Positions 1-13,900 of a DNA stretch of 47,648 bases are shown in pieces. The translations under genes were made by a program, and so were the position numbers. The notes beneath the pieces are model-generated. The model saw only the letters and a program-made list of their open reading frames with translations. It searched no databases and had not been told where the DNA came from. Each line of letters starts with the position of its first letter. The stretch's first letter is position 1. This stretch comes from Nemertoderma westbladi (Eukaryota > Animalia > Xenacoelomorpha): positions 1 through 47,648 of the forward strand of contig JAUCBJ010007670.1 of NCBI GenBank assembly GCA_032718475.1, given 5' to 3'.

Positions 1-87
1 GCCCAAACAGTGCTGCCCCATCTAGGGATCGAACCCGGGCTCCCTAATCGGAAGCACAGTAATGTCACCACTAGACCAAGCTGCTGC
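1..87 (-). mobile_element. tRNA-derived SINE head or tRNA pseudogene (runs off window start)
   Basis: Minus strand reads GCAGCAGCTTGGTCTAGTGG (A box) ... GGTTCGATCCC (B box) at tRNA-like spacing, but the acceptor stem does not pair. Confidence 0.6.
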
Positions 88-282
88 TTATTTGTTTTTA
101 TAAGTATTAAAAAAACGTCTTTTGCTAAAGTTATTTAATAATCAGCCAAATGAAGCAGTCTAACATTCAACTAAAGACCCCCCCCCCCCCCCCCCCCCCC
201 ATGAAAGGAGACCCTGTTATACCAACAAACTATCTTGGGATCAGCCTCGTTGTGGCTGATGTTAACCATCAATCAATATATG

Positions 283-3200
283 TAAGATAAGATAAGATAT
301 ATTATTTGGAGATAATTCCAGTTGGAAGCAGGAAATTCACGAAATATAAAATAAATACAACACATATTAATGAATTCTTAAAGCGTAACGAAGCGACTTA
401 CTGTACTGTATGCTCCAGCTTATTAAATAAATAAACGTTTACGCAGCTTTACTAACACGCATAATCGTGTAACTGTTTTTGTTCCAGCAACCCGCCTCTG
501 GGTACGGTATGGAACAAGATATGAGAATATATGAATATATTATAAACGGTGTATACTTATATGCTGTATACTCTATATACTGTATATACTGGTATACTAC
601 AGTAGTATATAATGTATATATACTCTATTGTATTAGGCTGGGTGGAAACCATGCTTGAACACTTCTTGTCTCAAACACGATCAACTCCTACCTGCTGCTT
701 AATTCCGAGCTCTCTGACTAAAAAGCCATGAGCCACGTCTTTTAAATCCTCATTACGGGTTCCTTTAATGTTCATTATGATAAGGTTACGGCGTCCCCGC
801 TGTCTCCCGTATGTCTCACTATGCGTTTTAGTTGAGATCTGTGGGTATCGTCCACCTTTTTCTCCAGCGCCTATAAATTGCATTGTTGAGAGACCATCTA
901 CAATCTTAGGAAAAAGAAGAATACTGTCCAAGTGCTCTTGCGCAAGGGTTGGACCTGGCTTTTCCCTTTCGTGGGCCCTACTAAGGTCATTACACTCGTC
1001 ATGGAGTGAACACCTACTGCTGCTAACACGTGCTCTCTTCTGTCTATGCAATTTCCTGTGGACAACCTCCACCCCCCGGTTATCCCCACCCCTCGATGCT
1101 GAACCGGGTCATGCTCCTTGACATTACTTTCTCTTGCACAACGTATACAGGGAGCTGTGCCGCATTATTGCCGGAAGCCTAATCCCTAAGGCAGCTGAAG
1201 TAGAGGCAGCTGATAGTTAGACTTCCATACCAGCCAAACTGAGAAGACCTTCCTTTGCAGGGGCTTCCGCTACTACTACTAGGATCGGCATGCTGCATTG
1301 CAGCTGCATTTTTAAGAATGCTGTGCCGGCTTGTCAACAAAATTGCACCGCCACAACTCCCTATCACCCATGACATTTGCTAGATCATCCGCATCTTTAA
1401 GGCCAGTGTCCTTTAAGATGCGTCTCAAGAAAGTCATGGGCTGTCCACCATGCTTATTCACTCCATGAGGCTGCCAAAGTACAAGATGTAATTCCTAACA
1501 TATGGGCCAAGGTTTAGTAAACCTCTTAACGATTTGCGGTAGAATACATCAAGAGCGTCACGATCAGTGGAGGTAAGAGAACCTATATTGAATTTTAGTC
1601 CATATGTGGTAGCTGGTACAGCGAGGGAGTCCCACAGTCGGAAGACCACCTTAGGAGGAAGCCAGCGCGTTGTCCATGTCCAGCCTCTAGTGTGAAATGT
1701 TTGAGAGTAGTAAGCTATCAACCCGATAGAATCATTAAGGATTACTTTAGAGTTCGATGAACTTTTAAGGTTGTATCCTAAGAAGGTAAGGGCATAACTT
1801 CTTGCAACAAGAGATCCACGTACGTTGATAAAGCAGGGTTTAAGACATGGATTTTGGATGCTGTCGACTACAATCCATGAGGTTTTAGTGGGTTCAAAAA
1901 GCTAAGACGTACCTCGTCTGCTTTGTCACTTACATTCATTGCCATATGTTCGAGATCAGTAGCCGAGGTGCTAAGAAGGAGGAAGTCATCAGCGTATACT
2001 ATGGCGCCTAACCACACAGGGCCGACACGACAACCTAAGTTGGAACTCTCTAGAGCCGCAGTTTTATCAGCTGTCAATAAGTTAAAAAAAGTTGGTGATA
2101 GTAGAGAACCTTGCTTTAAACCTTGGGCTACATATATGCCGTTGCAATCGATGCTACCATTAAATTTGAGAAAAACTATACCACAAAATTAATATGAGTA
2201 GACCATAGCTGCGATGTGAGGGTTGACTCCATGGTCCAGCAGCTTTCGAATGAGTGTGCAGTACTCAACATTGTCGAAGGCCGATTCTATATCTAGCTGA
2301 AGCAGGTACGCTGCGGAGCTTTTGGATCTGGAATGCTCAATCAGCAATGTGGCGATTACCGTGTCAGTGCCGTGACCCCTTTTGTATGCAGTCTGTTTTG
2401 TATGGGTGATGCAGGATACTTTGCAAGGATAATGTGTTCAAGGATCTTAGCGAATATGTTGATAGATGAGATTGGTCTAGAGGATGAAGGCTTGCGCGGA
2501 TCTTTGCCTTTACCCTTATATAGGCTACTGAGGGCACTATGTCCGAAGTGAGAGGGGACAGTTTTTAGCTCAATGCAGAGGTTATATATATTAGCTAAAA
2601 GGTTGCACAACGGTTCAGGGTTTAGGTTCAGTACGTTCTCGACTGTGAGTGAAGAGGAGTCACAGGCTTTACCTCTTGCCAGAGATAGGATAGAGCTCTT
2701 TACAGTCAGTGGTGAAATATTTGGGAGAGGCGAGTTCCTACATGCATTGGTGAGTTCTTCCTGAAGTAGAGTATCATCCCTCTTGGTGGCAGATGAGACC
2801 GAGCCTTGAAATTTAGATTGCTAATGGCTGTAAAGTTTCTCCTGCAATTCAGGGGTTGCGTTGTGTTGGATCTTGGTGGTGATGTTGGACCAGAATCTAT
2901 GGGGGTTTGAGTCTATCTGACCTGACCATTTATTTACATAGTCCGCAACCAGATTTTTTGTGAGAAAGTTCTTGAGACGACGTGTAGATCTCTTAGACGC
3001 TTTAAATTGTTCAGCTATAGGGTCGGTGGGATGTTTTCCGCGGGCCTGCCACAGTTCGTAGAGGTCCTTAGTGACACGGCTCCTACTCTGCAGCAAAGTT
3101 GACCGAATTCGTAGGTTCTTCGAAAGCCGAGCAGGTTTCATAATGGGAATATTGGCAAGAGCACTGGCTACTATAGCGTCTCTCATTCTTACAGCGGCAT

Positions 3201-3390
3201 CATTTAGAGCTGAGGGTGAGTGATCGCTATCGTCGAGGGTGAACTGAATGCGATTTAGGTCAGTGTCCAGCCAATGCTCAGTCAGGCTCAATATGTTGCA
3301 ATTAGCTAAATGATCCTTAATGTATTCGATGTTAGAACATAATCCTCTCGTATTAAATGTACAACATGTGAGTTTGTTGTTATCTCTGTA
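283..3390 (-). mobile_element. Decayed APE-type LINE (RTE-X/L2-like), internally deleted and frameshifted
   Basis: Endonuclease start (CTFNTRGL..LSLTEHWL) fused to SDHSP (deletion); RT fragments YKGKGKD..RPIS, LDIESAFDNV, GLKQGSLLSP, IVYADD in broken ORFs; short (TATCT)n tail at 283-299. Confidence 0.8.
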
Positions 3391-3666
3391 AGAGTTACAA
3401 CTGCTGCCGCTGACCGCTTCGGTTTCAGTGTTAAATATAGTGCGGTTGGGCCGAGTGGGGTGTGGATTTGTTCTTTTTTCATTTTGTCGGGTTCCAACTT
3501 CTGACATCCCTTTAAGTGATAAAACATTAATCTATAAACACAGTGGAGATCTGGAACAAGTTTAGCGGGTAATAGACAGTTTCTACTTCCAAATTAGGCG
3601 TATCATCTGAAATATGGATGAAAAGAAGTCCGAGGAACAAAGTCCATCAGAATACTGAAAATACAT

Positions 3667-3999
3667 GGGTGTAAACACTGTGCCGACATTGTCGGCATTA
3701 CGTTGTGCCGACAGTGTGCAGATAAGTTGATGAAAATTTTGAAAATGTTGACATTTTCCGCACAACGTAACGCCAACACTGTTGGCACAACGGCACTGTT
3801 GGCACAATGTAACGCCGACACTGTCGGCACAACGTAACGCCAACACTGTCGGCACAACGTAACGCCGACACTGTCGGCACAACGAAACATCGACACTCAG
3901 CACATTATCTGCATACTGTCGGCGCAACGTTATGCCGACACTGTCGGCATAACGTAACGCCGACACTGTCTGCACATTGTCGGCACCGCGTTTACACCC
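3667..3999. mobile_element. Mutator-like MITE with internal 25-bp palindromic tandem repeat
   Basis: TIRs GGGTGTAAAC...GTTTACACCC; perfect 9-bp TSD AAAATACAT (3658-3666, 4000-4008); internal unit GCCGACACTGTCGGCACAACGTAAC. Confidence 0.85.
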
Positions 4000-4155
4000 A
4001 AAATACATTCATGGGACTAATATTTATCAATTTAGGGGGCACCATCTCAAAAGTGCCCAAATCCCATCTCAAATGCCTCTGAATTGTTGGAAACATATAC
4101 TATCTGATTCCACCCATGATTTCATTCGTAACTGCTTAGGTTTGTAGTATATTAA

Positions 4156-4315
4156 ACATGCTTAATATTGACACAGATTCAAATGACTTATAGAAAAAGT
4201 CTATAAAAAGTTTGTACATGCTTGAACTTGACACAGAGTCAAATGACTTATAGAAAAAGTCTATAAAAAGTTTGTACATGCTTGAACTTGACACAGAGTC
4301 AAATGACTTATAGAA
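4156..4315. repeat. 60-bp tandem repeat, ~2.7 copies
   Basis: ACATGCTTGAACTTGACACAGAGTCAAATGACTTATAGAAAAAGTCTATAAAAAGTTTGT repeated. Confidence 0.9.
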
Positions 4316-4609
4316 GATTTTTTGATGCACACGCTAACTGCATATCGAAATCTTATATTTTTATCAGAGAACTATTCAACTTCTGAACAATATTTCGTCT
4401 CCAATCCATGCTGTATGTCACTGTTGAGATTGTTTATCCGTTGCCCAGCATCGGTTGCCGTAATTCTAAAGCTCCTATTGGTTGCCATACTTTACGATGT
4501 TCTTGCGCCCTATTGGCTGTTTCTATTCTTACAGTGTGTATAATATAATAATTTTATTAAATTAATTTTAATTATTATTTTTATTTTTTAATTTTAATAA
4601 TTTTAAACA

Positions 4610-6954
4610 TGCCCGTAATAGCTATAATAATCTTAATAAAAAATTGAAAAACAAATATATTAAGGATAAATTCCTAAATCAGAGAACAGCTAAAGGAAAG
4701 TGGGCGATAATTAACAGCATACTAAATAAAAATATTCGATCTACATCACCGGAAATAAAATACAACGGTCGTCTATTAACTCGTCCATTAGACATAGCTA
4801 AAACATTTAATGATATTTTCATAGATATAGGAAAATTTACCGGTCTAGATAACACATTAAATTGGACTCAATATAGGGCACCGAATGTAATAGATCATAT
4901 AGCAGAACCGAAATTTTCCTTCCACTGCATCTGCACTCTTGACATTTTTGAAGCTCTAACCAAACTATCTAACAATAAACCTTCCGGCCCCATTTCGATC
5001 CCTACTAGAATCTTTAAATTATCTGCATGATTTATTAGCTCTCCACTTTCAAATATTACTAATGACTCAATCACTAAATCAATTTTCCCAAATCAACTAA
5101 AAATATCTAACGTTACCCCTGTATACAAGAAAGGCGACGAATATGACCCAACTAATTACCGTCCAATCTCAGTTACGCACCCAATAGCTAAAATATTCGA
5201 AAAAATACTAGTCACGCAAATCGAACACTACCTCTCACGTAATAACATTTTAACACCATTTCAATTTGGCTTCCGTAAAAGGTTTTCCACTTCTGATGCA
5301 ATAACATACGCTACAGAAGCATGGCGGTATGACCTGGATCGTGGTTACCATGTTGCTGTAGCCTTCCTTGACCTTAGCAAGGCTTTCAACTCTCTGGACC
5401 ATGATACACTAACAACACACCTAACTGATCTAGGATTCGAAACAAATGCTTGCAACATGATTAAAAATTACTTACACGACAGACAACAACGAGTTAAAAT
5501 AGGCCATACATTTTCACCATTCCTTATAGAGAAACGAGGGGTCCCCCAAGGGACACTCCTTGGCCCCCTTCTCTTCTCCTTATATACTAATTCTATTCCA
5601 AATTTAACCTCAAAAGATGCAAATCTCATACAATATGCCGATGATACTGCTCTCTATGTCAGCTCCAAAAACGCATCAACTGCTACAGTAGATTTAGCTA
5701 AAAATGTACAAAACTTGACCAATGTATTCGCAAAATTAAAATTAAAATTGAACCCGGATAAAACTGAATTTTTACTATCGAACCGCAAATAACATTGACT
5801 CAATAAAATTAAAAATAAATGACACCTCAATAATTAGCCAATCTAACTGCATTAAATATCTCGGCGTCCTAATCAACAACAAACTAAGTTGGACCGATCA
5901 TATAAACAACATAATCAAAAAAATGTCCACCAGCATTGCAAGTCTTAGGAAAATTAAAGGTCAGTTGCCGCTCAAAACGAAAATCCAATTATATAAAACC
6001 TTTGTTCTCCCTTACCATCATTATTGCTGTCAATTCCTAATATCTCACCATAATGTTCATGGATTTAAAGACATATTATATAAATTAGAAAAAATTCAGA
6101 ATTACGGTCTACGATGTACCTTTAATAAACGATGCAAAGACGTAACGGCAACTGACCTCAGAACCAAATCGAAAATACCCCTACTATCTGCTTTCCGTGA
6201 ATATTACGGTCTCCTATTTTTCTATAAATATATCTACAATATATCTGCCCCTTTTAAAAATCTTGATCTCCCACTGCTCCTAAGAAACACCCAGATCTTA
6301 AATAGACGCACATACAAAATCCGCTTACCTAGATGCCACAACCAATTTGGACATTACAGTCTCACTACACAGCTAATTAAACTATGGAACAAACTACCCA
6401 TTCATATTAGACAAACAAACACTTTACAACATTTTAAACTTATAAAGGGTCTATTACTCAAAAGAGGAGGCACACACACACACACACACCCCCACACACA
6501 CACACACAGGAAGCTCAATTACCACACCTCTAATATATTTACTTTTCCCGTATACAGTATACACTACTCAAGTTGCATGGCCCTTACGTATGTGTGTAAC
6601 TGTTTGTGTTTGTGTGGTATGTATGTATTCTAATATTAGTGGGTGTGGGGGGGGGGGTGTGGTGAGGAGCGGGAGGAGGCTTATAATTTTGGCTAGGTGG
6701 TGTATGGATTGGGATTGCTTGTTCACATTTTTTATATTTTAATTATTTACCGGTTATGTATGTAGACATTTACTAATATCGTCGCGTACTTAAGCGATGA
6801 TATAGTGTTTAATTTTGTTGGTTACCGGTGAAATACTGTAGACACCTTTACATATAATTTCCTTAATTATAAGTCCCTACCTTGTGTAGAGACTTCCCCA
6901 TTCGTGCAATCACTATGGGTACCAAAGGAATAATAATAAAAAAAAAAAAAAAAA
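4610..6954 (+). mobile_element. 5'-truncated CR1/L2(Crack)-group LINE, pseudogenised RT
   Basis: YKKGD..NYRPIS, QFGFR, FLDLSKAF, GVPQGTLLGPLLF, QYADDT, KYLGV motifs; in-frame stop at 5028-5030, frameshift near 5790; AATAAA and poly(A) ending at 6954. Confidence 0.9.
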
Positions 6955-8505
6955 TATTATATTATTTTTAGGCTTAACCTTATACCATCTGAAGCCTGTT
7001 ACGAGTTTATGTAACTAGCAGGGATCTATAAATTTTCACCTTGCTGTGCACATTAAATCTTATCATTATATCATATCAGCGTATTATAGTTATTATTATT
7101 GCTTTATCTTGTTAATGAATATACAAGACCAAGGATCACACCAACTTGCTTTCCACCCGGTGAATGCTGACTGTACCCTGTCTGTAATAGATTCGGTTCA
7201 TTTAGTGCGAGTGTGTGCCTTCATATTACTGCAATATTATTCCCCAACTTGTAACTATAATCTATCGATACTATAATGTGTGCAGTACGAGTGAGCCTTG
7301 CGCTTACCATGCACTAGATCCAACATAGCGTCCTACCTGTAATATAAATAAGTCACACGTACATTTACCCGGCGACAACACAACACAACGGAACGGTTAC
7401 ATGTACAGTAAATATTACACTACCCCCTTGATGCAGTTTATAGTGCCAAGGCTATACACTAAAGTAATTGATTGTACCTTCAGACCAGATATACATATTA
7501 GATAATATAAGTATACATAAACGTTCGTGAGTGCTCCTGCTATGCGGCAGGTATCCCAAGGCACTTGATAGTACTCACAAGAATTACAAACAAACTCTCT
7601 TTGGCCAATATGGGGTTAGCCTCCTGTAAAAGTCTTGACAAAATTGACAGAACTCAGGGTTGGTAATCGCAGTTATTAATACCTTCAATGTTCAGCAGGC
7701 CAACCCTCAATAGACAACGGAAGTGGAAATTATCTATATTTATTTATCTTTCAGTTTTCTCTTCATTGTTAATTTCCACTTGGTTCTGTTCATAATAAAG
7801 GGCCAGCCAGAGCCCACAAATGAAGCAGGCAGCCAGCTAAGCCGTATCTTGAAATATAACATTAGATGTGAGAGACATTATATCGGGCAGTCCTATAGGT
7901 TTTATAAAGTATTTTAATTTATATTTATCGTAAAACAATATTATTTTAGTTGTAGTCTAGTTTGCATAATATACTCATTTTGTTATTATTATAAATAGTC
8001 AGAATTGAAATTTTAAACAGTTTTTTTATATATTGATATTATCAACACAGCATTTGAAGGCAGCATTATGATGACGCAGGGAGCCCATATTCCGCCATAT
8101 TCCATTCCCGGCCATTGACCCTGACTAGCCCATGCCCACACAATATACCAATATTGGGCTATGGCAGATACTATGATTGCGCTTTTTTGATATGTAATTG
8201 ATATATCGATTTTTCACACCTTTAGAATGTTATTATTATTAACTGATTTTTTCACGCCTTTATGACTTTTAGTTAACCTACCGCTCGCTAAGGCGAGTAG
8301 AACAAGGAATAGCGACCCAGGGTGATTGGAACCTTTGACGCCGGCGCACATATTGAGGGGGAGACCAGCAGGATGTGGATGTGAAATGTACCAATGAAGA
8401 AGAAACCAAGCCAACCAAGGGTAACATTCTACTACCAAGAGAGGATGAGGCATTCTACGAGAGGAGGAAGCATTCTATGACATCAGGGAGTATTCTACTA
8501 TTGAA

Positions 8506-9450
8506 TGTTAACCCTGTAGAGTAGGCTATCCCAATAGTAATTAAGAACAGAATTACTAATACCTCATCTGATAGGGGCCTTTATTAGGCACCACCAATCA
8601 GGTGAGACGGACGGGATGGCAGAGAATGAATGTAGAGACCACAGATGGAGAATTCAGAAACAACCTTTCTCAATTAGCTACAACTGTGAGGAGAGATTTA
8701 CTGATTACAAATAAGGACGAGACAGGACTGGTGCGGCTTCGCATATAAAATGCGGAAATCTGGTTTAGGGGAGTGAGAGACAAGCAAGGGTGATGATGGG
8801 TGAATTTGGGGGGTAAAGTGTAACATCTGGGAGGAGACGATGAGTTGAGTGACGAAGGGTGTGACATCCGGGAATTGTGGTGAGCGTGTCGAGGAGAATG
8901 AGTCCTATGGGACTAATGCGACGTGTGAGAAGTGAAGAAATTGAGGCCCGGAGGATCGGATCCAACGGTACCCAATCTAAAATTGTGTGAGGAAGGTGCG
9001 ATGGTCTAAAACAGACCATCTTATTTACCGAACTTTCGCCCGTCAGTATTCCCCAACGCGGCGACGCGTAGCAAACGCTACAAAGTCAACCCGGTCGGGA
9101 TCCCTCGCCAACCAGGATCCCGTTACACTCCGTAAAGAATTTGAAGGGATATCGCCAAAGAGTCCCCCTCTCAATTCTTGTCAAACAGGTACCACCACTA
9201 ACTGTGTACGTACGAACAGAAGGTGCTGGAGGCCAACTACCGTCTATTGTCCGGGGGCAATTGTTCTAGTTCCCTTTCTTCCCAAGAATTCGCTGTATTT
9301 TATTAATTTATTTGTATTTATAGCGTTGAATTTCTTTATTCTGGATGATTACCAGCGAAAATAAACTGTAATACCCGGTGCCGTTGACTCTCGTTCATTG
9401 TGTCACTGGCATGGCCTAACGACGCAGAACCGATGGGCCAGGGGGTAACA
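8506..9450 (+). mobile_element. Possible solo LTR
   Basis: TGTTAACCCT...GGGGGTAACA inverted termini, TATAAAA near 8744, AATAAA ~90 bp before the end; no TSD found and left boundary uncertain. Confidence 0.35.
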
Positions 9451-10454
9451 ATATTTTGATTGTTACAATTTTAGTTTGTTAAGTATAATATTTATTTAGG
9501 GATAATAGTTTCTATGGAAACTACAAAACACAATAATTACTGCAAGAGAAGGCAAAACAATTATTATAAGAGTGGAATAACTGAGAAATGTAATCCTTAT
9601 TCCATAAATATATAAATACACAAAATACCGATACCCCTTAAATAAATAGAAATTCGCACAAACAATTACTTCTGGCACAACATACGTACAGTTTCAATAT
9701 AACGCAGGGAACACATCCAATTACCTAAAATCAATTAACTATGTGTTCACACTGCAAGGAGAAGAAACGGAACTTACAGAATAGACAATAATGTCCTGGA
9801 ATATAGTGTTTGACCTTTGACCTTCGGACTAAAGAGTTTAATAACGAGGGTTTGTTGGAATAGAAATGTGACGTTTCAAGGATTACAAATGATTAAATAA
9901 ATCTTAATATATTGATGATAATTAATTAGCTGAGAGATTCGAGTTTCAATAAATACACAATAATTCTGGAACATTATAATTTATACATCATAAGTTGGGC
10001 AACTAATACGTCTAGGTAATAATCTACGTTGAAATTCATTATAAACAAAATGTTCTAGAATAATATTCACTCATATGTACATAACTCAGCTATTTCTCAA
10101 TGGAATTCAGATTATGTTACAATTATTTAGAAACATTTTACAGTCACCTGTCTATAAGGGTTACAAACAACTCTAACCAACAAACCACTAAGATTTCACG
10201 ATATTAAGAGCTAAACACCATATATTCCAGGAGGTGGTTTACTATAAATAGTGATCAATGTTTCATAAACAACAGTTTATATACCCAGTATAAATCCAAG
10301 AAGTTACCAATAGCAATAATTAATTAGATCCGACATTGTTTGTTACAGAGTCGGGTCGTAATACCCACGGTTGCTCAGTTCATTCAAGAGCTGGCTAATA
10401 ATATAATCAGCCAAAAAAATTATAAAATAAAATAGAAAATAAAAGGTAATCCGC

Positions 10455-10916
10455 TTAATCGACCTTAACAACTGAATAAATTTTGCGAATGAACCAAAAG
10501 GATGAGAAAAATCCTATAGTTCCGCAAAAAACGAAGAAAGCTAGAACCATGATTGCGGAATAGGAGAAGTAGAGGAACCCGCTGAGAAACCCTGTCATCG
10601 ACATCTTGGTGATGTAATAGTTGACGGAATATCCCCCGAAGTACAGAGCTGTGGAGCCGGAGGTGAGGAAAGCCCGCCACCACCAGTTATAGTCTTCGGC
10701 GCAGAGATGGAAGTAGCAGAGGAGAACCGAGGCCTGGCCGCAGGTCAGCATGAGGATAAGAGTAACGAGGAAGAGGAATGAGAACATGTAGTAGAATTGT
10801 TGGGACCAGATGCTGCCGAGGATGAAGAATAGTTGGATGAATATACAGCCGAAAGGAAGGATTCCGCCCATCAGTATAGACGGGAGGGGTTTGGTCCAGA
10901 ATGATTGCTCCGGTAC
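10455..10916 (-). CDS. TM9SF2: TM9SF2 coding exon 6 (last)
   Basis: TTTTTTTCCTTCAG|[12 protein letters not shown]...VVKVD*. Confidence 0.95.
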   Translation of the reverse strand, partial: VPEQSFWTKPLPSILMGGILPFGCIFIQLFFILGSIWSQQFYYMFSFLFLVTLILMLTCGQASVLLCYFHLCAEDYNWWWRAFLTSGSTALYFGGYSVNYYITKMSMTGFLSGFLYFSYSAIMVLAFFVFCGTIGFFSSFWFIRKIYSVVKVD

Positions 10917-13900
10917 CTGAAGGAAAAAAAACATGATTCACCTAAATAATAAACCACGACCCGTAATAGTCTTATTTTCTGATGACATGGAACATAATTT
11001 TTCCACTAATCTTTATCATTATCATATTGCTTGAAACTTGGAACACAACTCAACGTTGATAGCCAATTTGAATAGCGAAATCGCAAGCTTCGAATCGCGT
11101 GCCTTTTATATCATTAGAAATCTTGCGTTACAAGGATTCCAAATATGTAAAATATATGAATTTAGTTGAGAAACAGCTGAGATATATAGGCGCTCAAAGA
11201 TTGCAAGAATTATTGTTCGCTGTAGGGTGTATGTGATTTAAATCACAACTACTCACTAATTTAATAACACGTTCTAGAATTTTGTGAACTTCATTAAATT
11301 ATTTTTATAAATTAACTAAATTACACCATAACCCTTAATACAACAACCATTTTTAGGGGGTCGGACCCCCCCCCCCCCTAATTTTTTTCACATTTCAATA
11401 AAATGCTACGAAATTCGGTATGATGATATATTGACACCTTTTCTTACTGGTGGCCTGGCCGGATTTTTCAATTTCTCAGTTATTACCATAAAACAATCCC
11501 TTAAAAACTGTCTATTTAGCAATGTTTAACCACCTAGAACATGTAATCTAAATATCATTCGAAGCGCCTTCGTCTGTAGATTCCGAATCTGAAAACCGTT
11601 TTAAATTTAACCAAAAATGGGTAAAGATATTATAAAACACTAATGTGTAAATTTAGAGACGCAAATCGCTATAATTCTGATGTTTTGTTGTCTTTATTCT
11701 AGAATATTAATTATTATTTAGCTGAGCGTTTAAAACTCTCCATCTCTAGAACAATATATAATTATTTAGCTAATAAAAGGTGCCGTGTACCGATCGGCTG
11801 ACCTACTGGTTACTGACCTACCGCTTACTGCTGGCACATATAGGCCTACTGCTTACATATGAGATATTATTCTTTGAAGTCGCCGCACTGGTATACGACT
11901 AGGCTGTTGAGATGTCTCTGTGTCCTAGGGCGCCCGCTTGTTGCGGCTGCCACGCTAAGAAAGGGCGATGCATTCGTTGCGTGTGCGTCAAACAGGGTCG
12001 CCCTTGCACGTTATGTGCCCCTTCGATAAACAGTCTGTGCGAAAACGCGTTGGGGTCCGTTAATTCGCAGCCAAACATTTCCTTCGACGACAAAAGCGCC
12101 GATCGATGCTCTCCATCAAGGAGTTCGACGCAGCCAATGGTTAACGTGCATTCGGGAGATTGATATATCCTAGACGAGACTCTTCTAGATTCGGACAGGA
12201 CGTTAGATGGGTTTGTTAGCGTTGTCACGAGCTCTTCTCCTTCAACTACAATGAGGGCGGTTTCCCATTCTAACTCTTCCTGGATAACATCTCCCACGAA
12301 GGTAGGGAGAGATCTGTCCCCAGGCGAGGCACAGGCTCGGGCATTAGCAATACTTGACAGGGCCCGTCGTGGTAGTGAAGCAATAGCTTATCAGTCATCT
12401 TCCTTGGGTGAGGGAGTGTCGGAAGCTGGTTCGGTACTTCCAGTTTCTGGCGTCGGTGAGTCGGTCCCTTCGGTATCTGGGATTGGTGAGTCGGTTCCCC
12501 TACTGTCTGGAGTAGGTGAGTCGGTTCCTTCGGTGTCTGGGGCTGGTGAGTCGGTTCCTTCAGTGTCTGGAGTCGGCGAGTCGGTTCCTCGAGTGTCTGG
12601 GGGCGGTGAGTCAGTCAGTTCAGTGTCTAGAGTCGGTGAGTCGGTTTCTCAAGTGTATGGAATCGGTGAGTCGGTTCCTCAAGTGCCTGGGGTTGGTGAG
12701 TCGGTTCCTCAGCTGTCTGGAGTAGGTGAGTCGGTTCCTTCGGTGTACGGGGTCGGTGAGTCAGTTCCTTCACTGTCTGGAGTAGGTGAGTCGGTTCCTT
12801 CGGTGTCCGGAGTTGTGTCTGGAGTAAGTGAGTCGGTTCCTTCAGTATCTGGATTCGGTGAATCTGTCCGTTCAGTGTCTGGAGTCGGTGAGTCGGCTCT
12901 TCAAATGTCTCGTGTCGGTGAGTCGGTTCCTCAGGCTTCCGGGGTCGGTGAGTCATTCCGCTCAGTGTCTGGAGTCGATGAGTCGGTTCCTCCAGTGTCT
13001 GGAGTAGGTGAGTCGGTTCCTTCAGTATCTGGATTCGGTGAATCTGTCCGTTCAGTGTCTGGAGTCGGTGAGTCGGCTCCTCAAATGTCTCGTGTCGGTG
13101 AGTCGGTTTCTCAGGGGTCTCGGGTCGGTCAGTCATTCCGCTCAGTGTCTGGAGTCGATGAGTCGGTTCCTCGAGTTTCTGGAGTCGGTGAGTCAGTTCC
13201 TTCGGTGTTAGGGGTTGGTGAGTCTGTCCGTTTAGTCTCTGGAGTCGGTGAGTCGGCCCCTCAAGTGTCTGGAATCGGCGGGTCGGTTCCTTCATTGTCT
13301 GGAGTCGGTGAGTCGGTCCTCAAGTGTCTAGGGTTGGTGAGTCGGTTCCTGAAGAGTATGGGGTCGGTGAGTTGGTTCCTTATGTGTCTGGAGTCGGTGA
13401 GTCAGTCCCTTCGGTGTCTGGAGTCGGTGGGTCGGCCCCTCGGGTGTCTGGAGTCCGTGGGTCGGTTCCTTCATTCTCTGGAGTCGGTGATTCGGTCCCT
13501 CGAGTGTCTGGGGTTGGTGAGTCGGTTCCTCAAGAGTATGGTGTCGGTGAGTTGGTTCCTTCAGTGTCTGGAGTCGGTGAGTCAGTCCCTTCAGTATCTG
13601 GAGTCGATGAGTCGGCCCCTCAAGTGTCTGGAGTCGGTGGGTCACTTCCCTCGGTGTCTGTTATCAGTGTGTCGGTCCCTTCGGTGTCTGTTGGTATTGG
13701 TGTGTCGGGCACTCAAGGGTCTGGGGTCGGCTCGTCAGGGCCTCCAATGTCTGGAGCTGGCACGTGTCCAGTATGTTTGAGGGTCTTTGGAATAAAAGCC
13801 AATGAGACTCTGCGCACACATGGCCCACCTGCCAACCGGTGCCTGGGATCTAGTGTCCAGCCAGATGCTTCAGCCTCCTTGCAAGGTCCCCCCGTGCCCA

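Noticed and set aside
12-87. Functional tRNA gene
   Set aside because: A and B boxes are present but there is no acceptor stem pairing.
3583-4135. Cys-rich ORFs, or an exon/MULE transposase fragment around the MITE
   Set aside because: ORFs derive from the 25-bp repeat; the flanking GTFEMVP similarity is too short to support.
6471-6508. His/Thr-rich C-terminal extension of the LINE ORF
   Set aside because: Read-through into a (CA)n microsatellite in the 3' UTR region.
12161-12163. In-frame TGA in the CRE ORF (and the BEL stops) as programmed readthrough or selenocysteine
   Set aside because: Both elements have other disabling lesions; ordinary decay is simpler.
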